A stretch of DNA of 64,000 bases from Squalus acanthias (Eukaryota), in NCBI GenBank assembly GCA_030390025.1, contig CM059444.1, positions 51,832,001 through 51,896,000 on the forward strand. Direction: 5' to 3'. A program made the translations under genes and the position numbers. A model generated the notes under the pieces. That model made no database searches. It was not told the DNA's origin and saw only the letters and a list, made by a program, of their open reading frames with translations. Below, in pieces: positions 52,201 to 64,000 of the stretch. The number at the start of each line of letters is the position of its first letter. Position 1 is the first letter of the stretch.

Positions 52201-54819
52201 AGAAAATGTATTTTTTACTTTGTAACGACACAACACAGGAGTTGAGCGCATTTGTCATTTAAGTCGAATGCTGCACATGCAATGGTTGAATAGTTGAGGT
52301 CGATGATCAGCCATGATCTTATTGAATGGTGGAGCAGGCTCAAGGAGCCATATGGCCGACTCCTGCTCCTAATTCTTATGTTCTTATAGCATAGTACAGG
52401 TAAAAGGAAAGACACTGGAAAAAAAGGCCGAACATGCTGGAGAGCAGGGCATGACTTTCCGCAGCTGGGCGAGGAAAGGCAAGTTACTGTTTGGGGTGGA
52501 GACCCTTCATCAACAACAACAACAACAAAAACAACGTGTATTTATATAGCGCCTTTAACGTAGTAAAACGCCCCAAGGCGCTGCACAGGAGTATTAGGTC
52601 TCTCTGTAGGTTAAAAAAAACTGTGACGGCTAGAAATTTGAAATAAAAACAGCAATGGAAAAATGCAGCAGGATCTGTGCCCACTTGAAAAGAGACAAAT
52701 GAGATTAACACCTTGGGTGTAGATCCTTGGCCAGAATTGTTCTGATGGAAGAGTCTGCACCTAAAGCATTGAGCTATACATTATTTTCTCCTTGTAGATG
52801 CTGAAAAAAACTTGCTGTGTACTTCTATTTTTAAAAAAAAAACTTTTATTGAATACCGTGTTTATATTCTGCTGGTGATGGAACTCGGTGTAACTCACTC
52901 GTCTCATTCATTCATCAAATCAGCTTTGAGCTGAACATCTTCAGACACAGCGCCCTCGGTGGGCACAGTGACGAGGGGCGCGCACTTTGTTCCATGCGCT
53001 CACAAGCCACAAGCCAGTGAACTGACGAGCGAGTTTTGAAGACCTTACTCATGAGTGTGATTCACTCCCTTTCCAAATCTTCCCTGTTGTCTCCTTCCAA
53101 TCCCACAGTGTTTGCGACCGCGTACGTGCAATAAAAGTCTTTCAAAAGTCAACAGCACCTCCACAGCGAGGACTGGAGTGAAGTCTATTTGAATGATCGT
53201 CTTTTCTATTAAAGCAACACCCTGATTATGAGTCAGTGGAATGAAGCCGACTGGAAATGTTTCTAATTTTGTCCTTTTTTTTAGGGGGAAAACAACCTCT
53301 TGGAAAGCGAGATGACCTTTGCAAGCAGAAATAGTTGGGATTTTTGTGGCTCCCTGCTTCTGTTTATTTTGTCTGTGTGTGAAACAGCACAGACTGTTCC
53401 TGTTCTCTCATCCTGTGGCCGGTAGGAGGATGTCTGAGTGTTTTCAGTGAGAAGCAAGACAGGCGTTTTACCAGCGTGCGCTGTGCAGGAATGCGGCCAC
53501 TTCCAGTGCTTACCTGTCTGCCCTCCTGATCAAGGTCCACCACCGTGCAATACAAACACTTGCTCTATTTGAAATGAAACGTTTCCTGGACAATTAGTGA
53601 AATTATCCTGCTGGCCTTTATCTGTTCTCAATGACATTTAACAACTTCTACAATTTTACATTTCACCTTTCAGGTGCCCACCTGATACCCCAACCTGAAG
53701 GTCAGAAGGTCAAGTTCCAGGACCGCTTATCACTCGGTCTCATTGAATATTTTGATTCAGTCTTGGGAAAAAAGGGAAATACGTATTTATATAAAGACTT
53801 CCCTAAGACTTGGCTGGTGGCAGAATGGAAGTAAAGTCCCTCCACAGAACGGAAAACAGGGAATATTGGAAGAAAAGTCTCCCTGGATGGCTCCACTCAA
53901 ACATTGCCTAGTAGCTGGCTCAACCAGCATAAGCAAGTCCTACCTGCCTGATGTCTTGTCTGCATCAAGGGAAGGGGGGAATAACTAAAAATGGAAGTAA
54001 ATATATATAAATTAAAACCTGTCCAAATAATTACACTGCTTCAAATGTTTGGTTTTTTGTGTGTGGTCAGCTGGGCGAGTAACAATGAAGAAAAACCCAT
54101 CTGCATGTTTAGCAGTCCCCAAATCAAGCTCGTGAGAAATCGACACAGGCACAATACTGTTTGCCTGATATGGAGTGCACACTCTCACTTTAGGTATATA
54201 ACCTACTTGGCTAAATCCAGAGAGTCAGGGGCAAGTTAGCAAGAGTTGAGGTTTAGGGATCCTTAAGTGAATGCAGGGGCACTTACAGAGTTTAACCAGC
54301 TAAAGCCAGCAACGACCACTGATAAGCTCTCCATTGCTTGTCCACTGCTTAATTCACATTCTCATGTAAGGAGCTTTGGCGAAGAGACATTTCCACAATG
54401 TGACTGTCTTCCTTGTCAGAGTGCTTAGTGACAGGTTGGTTTTGGCCAGAGCCGTCCTTCCCATCAATCATTTCCCCCCTTTTTCACAAATTTTCTTCAC
54501 AGCCTAGTCCTGGATTTTGCACATGGGCCAAAGGAGGGCCTTTGTTGCATGACTAGGAGTTTTGAACCATGATAATTAATGGAACTTGTGGAAAGTGTTA
54601 CAAACAGCCTGCAAAGAATGACAGCTGCTGTGGAGGAGTACACCAGCTGCATCTGTGCAATGCTGTCTGACTGCTTCACAAAACGGCAGTCTAATGAGGA
54701 ACATCTGACAAAGGGTCTAAATGCAGCTGTGGGTTCCCTTCGGAACATTAGGAAATGGAGGGTGAAAAGTCATGAAGAAAAATAAACGCAATCTTCAAAT
54801 GATGGTTCAGCCAAAGTTG

Positions 54820-55352
54820 GAGTATTGCACACAGTTTTAGTCACCGCATTCTGGGAAGGATATTAAAACTATGGAAAGGATACAGTGAAAATGTACTGGA
54901 ATCATATCAAGAGTGAGAGTTTGTAATTGTGAAGGCTTGAAAAATTGGAGATTTTTTCACTGGAATATAAGTAGTTAAGGGGGAATGTAATTGATGTTTT
55001 CAAAATGATGAAAGGTTTTGAGAGGATAAATAGTGGAAGGTTATTTCCACTGGTTGGCAAATCACGAACAAGGGGGCATTATTACTAGAAGGATAAAGGG
55101 TGAAATTCGAAGAATTTGTTCACACAAAGGGTTACTAGAACATGGAATATTTTACCACAAGTGGCTCTTGAGGCAGAGACTATAACATTATTTAAAAGGA
55201 AGTTGAATAAGTATTTGAAAAGGAGGAATATAAAAAGGTAGGGGGAAAGGGTAAGGAAATGGCATTAGACTAGGTAGCTCCAGTTGAAGTGATAGGGCTG
55301 TCACAGATGGCACAAATAGCCTTCTTCCATGCAGTAATTTCTATGATTCTGT
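54820..55352 (+). mobile_element. Old CR1 3' fragment
   Basis: Degenerate ORF2 C-terminus ending in tttctatgattctgtg. Confidence 0.7.
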
Positions 55353-56164
55353 GTAATACAGGCATTTTAAAATGTTAATATACTACATTCTGTTGGGGTT
55401 TGTGGAATGCAGGTATTATAATGTAATTTGTTCAAACACCCCATTGTTCTTTCCAGATTCTCTTTCCTTTCCATATTCATTCATCATCTTGAGATTGGGC
55501 AATATGATAATTTTTTCCATGCCTGTAGCATTAACCATTTGACCAATAATTGTGTTACACTAAGGACTCAGATCATACCTGGGGAAGATGACATCCCTCA
55601 AATTGCAATACTGGGCTTCAATAACACGCTTGTCTTAGTAATCTTGATGCTTCCTCATTCAAAATTATTTTATGATCTTGTGACAAAGAATTAAAGCAGC
55701 CCTCTATAGGCATGAAAGAAAAAGGCATACAATATTGTGCTGCAGGATTCAAAATAGTGTGTCTGAGAAACCCACCGCCATCAACATGAGGAAAGAATGC
55801 AGAAACTGGAACTTTTCAGCCTTAAAAGGAGGAGGGTAAGAGGACACACAGAGGTATATAAGATAGTAAATGGTGTACAAAACCTACATCTGGAACACTA
55901 CTTCAAGTTCAACTGTGACGGGAAGACAAGGGAACATAAGTCAAACTGGTGAAAGACAGATTTAGGCTACTCAGGCCATTTTTCGTACTGAGTAACCAAC
56001 ATGAGGAATGGACTCCCACATGGGAAGTTCTAGATCCAGTGAAGAAATTGTTGGTAGCTGTGATTGAGAGAGACCACATGTTTGTTCTAGATGGATGAGC
56101 CAAATGTCCACCCTCATCTGTATCCAGCTAGTGACTCTGAATCCTTCAGAAACCCCATTACATA

Positions 56165-57897
56165 CAAAATTCTATAGATTATGGAACAGTTCCTGCACAT
56201 TGGAGGGTGGCAAATGTAACCACACTATTTAAAAAAGGAGGGAGAGAGAAAACAGGGAACTACAGACCGGTTAGCCTAACATCAGTAGTAGGGAAAATGC
56301 TAGAGTCTATTATAAAGGCTGTGATAACAGGGCACTTAGAAAATATCAACGGGATTGGACAAAGTCAACATGGATTTATGAAAGGGAAATCGTGTTTGAC
56401 AAACCTACTGGAGTTTTTTGAGGATGTAACTGGTAGAATAGATAAGGGAGAACCAGTGGATGTGGTGTATTTGGATTTTCAGAAAGCCTTTGATAAAGTC
56501 CCAAATAAGAGGTTAGTGTGCAAAATTAAAGCACATGGGATTGGGGGTAATATACTGGCATGGATTGAAAATTGGTTAACAGACAGGAAACAGAGAGTAG
56601 GAATAAATGGGTCTATTTCGGGGTGGCAGGCGGTGACTAGTGGGGTATCGCAGGGATCAGTGCTTGGGCCCCAGCTATTCACAATATATATCAATGATTT
56701 GGATGAGGCAACCAAATGTAATATTTCCAAGTTTGCTGACAACACGAAACTAGGTGGGATTGTAAGTTGTGAGGAGGATGCAAAGAGGCTTCAAGGTGAT
56801 TTAGACAAGTTGAGTGAGTGGGAAAATACATGGCAGATGCAGTATAACGTGGATAAATGTGAAGTTATCCACTTCGGTAGAAAAAACAGAAAGGCAGAGT
56901 ATTATTTAAATGGTGATAGATTGGGAAATGTTGATGTATAGAGGGACCTGGGTGTCCTTGTACACCAGTCACTGAAAGCAAACATGCAGGTGCAGCAAGC
57001 AGTTAGGAAGGCAAATGGTATACAAAAGCAAAATACTGCGGATGCTGGAAATCTGAAATTAAAACAGAAAATGCTGGAAATACTCAGCAGGTCAGGCAGC
57101 ATCTGTGGAGAGAGAAATAGAGTTAACATTTCAGGTTGATGTTCTGACGAACAGTCATCGACCTGAAATGTTAACTCTGTTTCTCTCTCCACAGATGCTG
57201 CCTGACCTGCTGAGTATTTCCAGCATTTTCTGTTTTTATGGCAAATGGTATGTTGACCTTCATTGCAAGAGGATTTGAGTACAGGAGCAAGGATGTCTTA
57301 CTACAGTTATACAGAGCCTTGGTGAGACCACACCTGGAGTACTGTGTGCAGTTTTGGTCTCCTTACCTAAGAAAGGATATACTTGCCATAGAGGGAGTGC
57401 AGCGAAGGTTCACCAGACTGATTCCTGGGATGGCAGGACTGTCGTATGAGGAGAGATTGGGTCGACTAGGCCTGAATTCATTAGAGTTTAGAAGAATGAG
57501 AGGAGATCTCATTGAAACGTATAAAATTCTGACAAGGCTAGACAGACTGGATGCAGGGAGGATGTTTCCCCTGGCTGGGGGGGGGGGGGTCTAGAACAAG
57601 GGGTCACAGTCTCAGGATACGGGGTAGGACATTTAGGACTGAGATGAGGAGAAATTTCTTCACTCAGAGGGTGGTGAACCTGTGAAATTCTCTACCACAG
57701 AAGGCTGTGGAAGCCAAGTCACTGAATATATTTAAGAAGGAGATAGATAGATTTCTGGACACAAATGGCATCAAGGGGTGTGGGGAGAGAGCGGGAATAT
57801 GGTATTGAGATAGAGGATCAGCCATGATCATATTGAATGGTGGAGCAGGCTCGAAGGGCCGAATGGCCTACTCCTGCTCCTATTTTTCTATGTTTCT
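56165..57897 (+). mobile_element. CR1 RT and 3' end, split by a Penelope hairpin
   Basis: ORFs 56207-56941 and 57238-57594; tail ttctatgtttcta. Confidence 0.93.
57022..57239. mobile_element. Fold-back Penelope mini-element, family A
   Basis: 12-bp TSD ggcaaatggtat (57010-57021, 57240-57251); one hammerhead core CTGACGA...GAAA at 57144-57168. Confidence 0.9.
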
Positions 57898-58402
57898 AAC
57901 TGTGTCAGAATGGAAATGAAGGATCAACACCAATAGTACAAGGAATCAGTAATAGTGAATTGGCAAGAATGAGATAGAGGAAGAGATAATTTATGCAATT
58001 ATTCCCTTGACACTGGAACATTCTAATGGGACTTACCAACGTCTGTGAAAGGTAGTATTGATGCTCCTCTAATCAGTCCAGAGGATCCACCACTTCTTTA
58101 GGATCACCCCTCAGTAACATCCAGCATTGTGCTGCACGTCTCTGTAATACTATCCCATTCCCCACCCCACATACAGCACTACACTGCCGGTCTCTGAGTC
58201 CCTCGATAGACCACCCTCCTCTGTATTAGCAATTGAGTAAATTAACCCAAAGTGGAGCCAAATAGAAATGGCTTTTCCAGTTACTAAAGTCATCATCTGT
58301 GAGTCAGCAGAGAAAGGTTCAATTAAGGTTCATACGTGGGTGCAGCAATTATATCTGAGGGCTGTGTACCGATCCTGGAACTTAATTATTCATCTTGGAG
58401 TT

Positions 58403-58652
58403 GGGGTGGTAGCCTAGTGGTTATGGTACTGGGCTAGCAAGCCAAAGGTTATTAGTTCAAATCACAATAGAGCAGGTCTGGTACCTTGGGCTTGCACCAG
58501 AAAACGACTATGAAAGCTGCAGCATTATTGTAATAACCCAATTGGATCACTAATGCCCTTGAGGGAAGGGAACCTGCCACCTTTCTCTGGTCGGGCCTAC
58601 ATGTGACTCCAATCCCACACTATGTGATTGCCTCTTATTGCTCTGAGATAGC
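58403..58652 (+). mobile_element. Old tRNA-headed SINE
   Basis: A box TAGCCTAGTGG, B box AGTTCAAATC; body similar to 27460-27885. Confidence 0.65.
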
Positions 58653-58679
58653 CAAATAAATGATGCTCACATTACACAA

Positions 58680-59210
58680 ACTTTGTCCTGGATGGTGTCG
58701 AGCTTCTTGAGTGTTGTTGGAGCTGCACTCATCCAGGCAAGTGGAGAGTATTCCAATATACTCCTGACTTTTGCCTTGTAGATGGTGGAAAGGCTTTGGG
58801 GAGTCAGGAGGTGAGACACTCGCTGTAGAATACCCTGCCTCTGACCTGCTCTTGTTGCCACAGTATTTATGCGGCTGGTCCAGTTAAGTTTCTGGTCAAT
58901 GGTGACCCCCAGGATGTTGATGGTGGGGATTCGGCGATGGTAATGCCGTTGAACGTCAAGAGGCGGTGGTTAGACTCTCGCTTGTTGGAGATAGTCATTG
59001 CCTGGCACTTGTGTGGCATGAATGTTACTTGCCACTTATCAGTGCAAACCTGAATGTCATCCAGGTCTTGCTGCATTCGGGCATGGACTGCTTCATTATC
59101 TGAGGAGTTGCGAATGGCATTGAACACTGTGCAATCATCAGCGAACATCCCCACTTCTGACCTTATGATGGAGGGAAGGTCATTGATGAAGCAGCTGAAG
59201 ATGGTTGGTC
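58680..59210 (-). mobile_element. LINE RT fragment (CR1/L2 group, distinct family)
   Basis: GPTIFSCFINDLP...MFADDCTVF; YKAKVRSILEYSPLAW. Confidence 0.85.
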
Positions 59211-59246
59211 CTGCAGGCACCTAGATGTCATAGTAATCAGACTTGA

Positions 59247-59618
59247 ACACAAAAATGTAGACTGACACTCCAGTGCAGTACTGAGGGAGTGCTGCACTGT
59301 CGGAGGTGCCGTCTTTCGGAAGAGACGTTAAACCTCAGGTGGACGTAAAAGATCCCACGGCATTATTTCAAAGAAGAGCAGAGGAGATATCCCTGGTGTC
59401 CTGGGCCAATATTTATTCCTCAATCAACAGCACTAAAAAAAAAGATGATCTGGTCATTATCACATTGCTGTTTGTGGGAGCTTGCTGTGCGCAAATTGGC
59501 TGCCGCGTTTCCTACATTACAACAGTGACTACACTCCAAAAAAAGTAATTAATTGGCTGTAAGAGCGTTGGGACGTCTGGTGGTCGTGAAAGGCGCTATA
59601 TAAATGCAAGTCTTTCTT
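59247..59618 (+). mobile_element. Deu-domain SINE
   Basis: Same core and tail as 5495-5797. Confidence 0.82.
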
Positions 59619-59639
59619 GGAGGTCCCTGGATTCCACTT

Positions 59640-60026
59640 GCTGCTCCTGATGCAGAGAAGGGGCGGGGCTTGCACTGTTGTCATGGAACGCGGACCTTGC
59701 CCCGGTTGCCATGGAGGCGGCGACGCTCCTGGGGGAGGAAATGTCAGAGATTCCGGGCGCGCCGACGCGAGTGAATCAATATTTGAGACGGTGGTTTTTG
59801 GGGGCTGGCGCTCTGCCGGGGGACAGACAGCCGCAGGTTGGGGCGTGTTTTTGCAATCTGATCAAAGCAGCCAGTGCGAGCTCCAGCAAAAGCCACCAGG
59901 GGGGGGAATGACTTTCCTGGCAGCAAGAGATCCGAGTACCTGCGGGCTCCAGGTGCCTCTATATAAAGCCCGGCGCGCTGCGCTGCTACTCAGTCCGGGC
60001 TGAAACTCCCTCTCTCTGACACCGCG
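59640..60026 (+). promoter_or_regulatory. CpG-rich Pol II promoter and 5' UTR
   Basis: GC box ggggcggggc about 59660; TGAATCA about 59772; TTTTGCAAT about 59849; GACTTTCC about 59910; TATATAAA about 59960; Kozak-like accgcgATGG. Confidence 0.75.
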
Positions 60027-60138
60027 ATGGCTCCAGGCTGTTCTTGGCGTCGGCTGTCCGTCTTTGCAGCGCTGTGCTTGGGTTTGATCCTGCTCTGGCA
60101 GTCGAGCCTCTCCGAGGCAGCGGTTTACTCCGGTCTAG
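60027..60138 (+). CDS. Host gene coding exon 1: signal peptide of a secreted or membrane protein
   Basis: MAPGCSWRRLSVFAALCLGLILLWQSSLSEAAVYSGL followed by the phase-1 donor AG|GTAAGA; follows a TATA box. Confidence 0.75.
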
Positions 60139-60735
60139 GTAAGAAGGAAAGTGTGGCGAGGAGCCCTGGCGGAGAAGCTGCCAGGTGTACATATTGCAGC
60201 CAATGCAACAGGAGACAAGAGCTGAGTCTGTACATTACAAGGGGGAGTCAATGTGTTGACTTGGGTAAAGGGTTTGAATGCTGCTGAACTAGAAAGTGGC
60301 AGGAATAGATCAAGGTTGTGATGGGAAGACTCCAAGATTTGTTCAGGGGAGTGAGTCCCTGTCGTTGCGTCAATGTTGATCTTCTAGTCGATCCTATCTC
60401 CTGCAATGGATGTTCTCGGTTTCTGGGTTTCCTTATCACCCTTATGGTCATTTTTTTAAACTAGTAAATGGTCAAGGATTGACGATGAGGTTTGTCATAA
60501 ATACACATGTACATGTTTTTGCTCCCAGTTCTTTTTAAAATAAACTAACCCCTGGTCCTTTAGATGGTCAATTTATTTCAGTGTTCACAGTCGACATTTT
60601 TGTAAATATGAAATTTACTACTTGGTAAAACTTATTTTCTAAAAGTATCTTGAGGCTAATGCACAATCTTCGAGTCAGTACATCGGTTATAGCGCCCGCT
60701 ATTCTCAAAGGAGTTGGGGGCTAGCTACACATTCA

Positions 60736-62810
60736 GGGCTAAAAATTCAGGGGTTTTACGTCAGCCGTTACCGGCAAAAAGTTGTGAAGAGGGCGGCCAC
60801 TGCTCTTTCGCCAGTTGGTGGCTGGTCCCGTGCCATCCGCCATTTTCCGAGGTCTGGCAACGACGACTTAATGTCACTTTGGCGAACTTGGACCTTAGAG
60901 CTGAAAACACAGCGTACAGCAGACTCCGAGGCGCTGTCAGCACCTCTTAAAGGGACACAGACATCTTTCAGGTAAGTTTGCATTTAAGCTTTTGGACTGG
61001 AATTTTTTGATTTTATTGAAGTAGGTGCTTGCTGCAATACATAAAAATCTTTTAACAAGTGTGTAGGGAGTGCTGCTGGATGCTTGCAAGGCCTCAGATG
61101 GTAAAGGAAGTTCTCCGAGAAGACAGAAAATGCTGCAAATACTCAGCAGGTCAGACAACATCTGTGAGCGAGAAACAGAGTTCACGTCTTGGGTCGAGAT
61201 GCTGCCTGACCAGCTGAGTATTTCCAGCATTTTATGCTGTCATTTCAGATTTACAGCATCTGCTCGCAGAGGGAAGAGGAAGACACAGAAGAGGAGGAGG
61301 AGGAGGCCACAGAGGATGACGAAGCAGAAGGATGCAATCCAGACAGCCCCTTTCTGGCCGAGATATCCAGGATGGAATCATCCGCCTGCAGTCCCAGTGA
61401 CCACAACCCCAATTCCCCTTTCAAAATTTGTCCCACACCTTACCTTCCCTCTGTTACTGACCATCACAGCGTCCTCTTGGCCATGATGCTGAAATAAAAG
61501 TCACCACAAAGCAAACTTTCCAATCCTACTTTAAACATCTATCCATCCAATATGACATCAAGAAATCAACTCATCACCCATATGCATTCTCTTAGTGACT
61601 GTCTTGTGTGTGCCTTTGCCTATCCTACTGATGTCACGCAGTGCTACTCCAGTGGCTGCAGCATGGCTGGTGGAAGGCTGCTGACTTTCAGTGGGGGACA
61701 CGTCTTGGGTCGAGATGGAGCTTGAGGAGCTGGTGGCTGAGAGTGTGAAATCGAGTGATGGTGTTTCTTCTTCTTCACTCTCCTCTCCCTCTTCTTGGTC
61801 AACCACTGGCTGGGCAGGCTGCATTTCTTGGGTGTGTGAAATGAGGAAGGCACAAGGGTGGAGTTGTGGTGAGGGGAGGGTGGGAAAGCAAGAGGTGCAT
61901 GTGAGAAGGAGGATAACGCATGAGGATACCAGCATCTTGTATCCTTTCTGCCCCACCAGTGGCTCAGCTATGCCCCTGCCAAGAATGGTTTGCACCGTCT
62001 CCTCCAAGAGGGTGAGGTAAGGCTAGGAATGGGAGGTGTGCCTCATGATTGGTACAGATTGCTGGTAGGTCAGTGATTGGTGGTGTGGTGGGGGGGGGGG
62101 GGGGGGGGGGGAAGTCGTGCATTGAGCAGTGTGTGAGGCTAGTGATACAGCTGGTAGGAGACGGCTTTTGAAGATGCATTCACTGACCTTGACCAGTGGA
62201 GCCAGGTGGTGGGGGCGACACTGCTGGCAGTGACGGCCTCGGTGATGTATTCCCACATCGTTCTTTCTGGAGGGCTTTCTGGCTGCTGTGGGTAGAGGAC
62301 CTCTCCTGTAGCGTTGACCCCCTGCACAAAGCTGAAGAGCTGCGTGCAAGACCCTGGGTGCACCTTCCTTGGCTTTCTGAGCCATTTGTGTTGGTGCTGA
62401 AGCACTTTTCCCATTTTTTGAGGCGCAGAAGACCCCCATTTGGGACTTTTTAACAATTTTTTAAAAAAGGCAGTAAGGGCTGAAAACTGCATTTTTTTTT
62501 TACTTTATTTTAATTTTTATCAGTTCAGAAGGGATTGCCCGCTTACTGTCCCACAATGCCTTGTGAACTCATTGCCTCGCTTCCAGAGGCTGTTGGAAGA
62601 TGGAACGCCGTTTCTGGACGCCAACTTCGCTACCGATGCCTGCAATAACACCACCACGAGGGCATTAGACAGTGAGTTAGCACTGGGCTAAAAATCTTTT
62701 GTCCCCAGTGCAAATTCTTCTCTTCTACCACTTCGACCATTTTCAGCGGCCATTAATCCTAGGCCGTCGTGACACCCGCTACTTTCGTGGCTGTCACGAA
62801 TTTCTCGGCC
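60736..62810. mobile_element. Deleted Harbinger transposon in the presumed intron 1
   Basis: TIRs gggctaaaaattc / gaatttctcggcc, flanks TCA/TTA; contains a decayed Penelope hairpin at about 61122-61262. Confidence 0.75.
62180..62385 (-). pseudogene. Harbinger Myb/SANT-like DNA-binding protein relic
   Basis: MAQKAKEGAPR...EVLYPQ...RTMWEYITEAVTASSVAPTTWL across frameshifts. Confidence 0.7.
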
Positions 62811-63829
62811 TTAGAGTCTACCAGTATTGCATGAGGAGAGATGCTGTACACAATTAATACAAAAAAAATTCAATTATATTGACCATGTAAATTTTGGGAA
62901 TAAAATGAATATTCGATGCAAGGGCTTTGGAAAGTAATGAGAATACTACCGATATAAATTTCAGGGTTTTTTTTTCCCCCAAAATAAGGAAGTATAATAC
63001 AGAAAATGCAGCAAGTCAGTCACCAAAGACAAGTTATCTGTTTTAAGTGTGGATGCCTTAAATATTAACTTGCCTTTTTACAGATGCTGTGTATTTCAGC
63101 AGTTTGTGTTTGAGATTTGTAGTGATTTCTTTCTTTCTCTGACTATTTCTCCTGACACTCTTGAGCTTCATATGTTGGAATAAAATATTTGTGCAGACTG
63201 GGTCCAGCTCTATTTTAATCATGCCATTTTAGAAAATCATGTAGTTTTTTTTGGGGGGGGGGGGCTGGCATTGGACGGGACAGAAGAGGGTGAATGGCAA
63301 GACATTTTTTAAAATTCCAATAATATGAAAGAAAACAGAAATTAGACGCGGGCTTCTGGTTTGAACTGTATGTTCGGCGCTTACAAGAGTCTGAGATTGT
63401 TCTGTTTTTATTCTGGTGCCAATTCAGATTGGCCAAGTTCACTGTTGACACAGATTGGATGTTGGGAAGCATCCAACTCTCACTTAATGATGAGGTGCAA
63501 CTGAAAAATGGCCCTTGCAGGAGGTGTAGCATTTCACTCAGGGTGGGGAATAATGGCATGGCTGATTGAAACCATGTCAAATTTGCAAATGTGAATACAG
63601 TGTGCCTTACTAACAAATGTTCTGTTCTACAGATGGCAAGCATTTTTAAGGTCAATAATGCAATAACATTACAAACTTTTGATGAATGATAGTCCAACTT
63701 ATGTAAATGTAGGTGATGTAAACTCCTCACACAGAGTGCGATGATGTAATCCCTTCCTTGACTGCTCCAGCCGACTTTCCACACGTTCTCGGTCAACACA
63801 GCCATCTCTGGTGAAGAAGGCATCATTAG

Positions 63830-64000
63830 CACAGTCCTTGTGGAGACGAAATCCCGTCTTCACACTGAGGACACCCTCCATCGTGTTGTGTGGCACTACC
63901 ACCGTGCTAAATGGGATAAATTCAGAATGGGTCTAGCAGCTCAAAACTGGGCATCCATGAAGCGCTGTGGGCCATCAGCAGCAGCAGAATTGTATTCCAC
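63830..64000 (+). mobile_element. LINE ORF2 fragment (post-endonuclease region)
   Basis: TVLVETKSRLHTEDTLHRVVWHYHRAKWDKFR. Confidence 0.65.

Noticed and set aside
54579-54785. Coiled-coil-like 68-aa ORF
   Set aside because: No splice or promoter support; may be a Harbinger Myb-protein C-terminal relic
60139-60287. Cys-rich continuation of the 86-aa ORF as a single-exon peptide
   Set aside because: A strong donor at 60138/60139 makes intron read-through more likely, though a single-exon product is not excluded
61234-61497. Acidic EEEE-rich ORF
   Set aside because: Lies inside the deleted Harbinger element; low complexity
62090-62112. Poly-G run as a functional G-quadruplex
   Set aside because: Simple homopolymer within a transposon relic
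1-64000. CRISPR arrays, operons or prokaryotic defence systems
   Set aside because: No repeat-spacer arrays or bacterial gene architecture; the sequence is vertebrate-like

Overview
Eukaryotic, repeat-dense vertebrate DNA, most likely a cartilaginous fish (inferred from abundant CR1/HER1-type LINEs, HE1-like and Deu-domain SINEs, L2, Penelope and Harbinger derivatives). About two thirds is transposon-derived. Main elements: a Mag-type Gypsy (6775-12851) with a Penelope inserted in one LTR; a GC-rich CsRn1-type Gypsy (21324-25652); a near-intact CR1 ORF2 (29107-32364); an internally deleted class III/SnRV-like endogenous retrovirus (42434-47349) whose gamma-type env frame is open apart from one insertion; and Harbinger MITEs and relics. 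The only convincing host gene piece is a TATA promoter plus a signal-peptide exon 1 at about 59.6-60.1 kb (gene not identified). The most unusual signal is a set of TSD-flanked fold-back Penelope-derived mini-elements (79 bp to 2.5 kb). Most carry minimal hammerhead ribozymes, one has captured L2 sequence and one interrupts the env gene. All coordinates were read by eye and no database searches were run.
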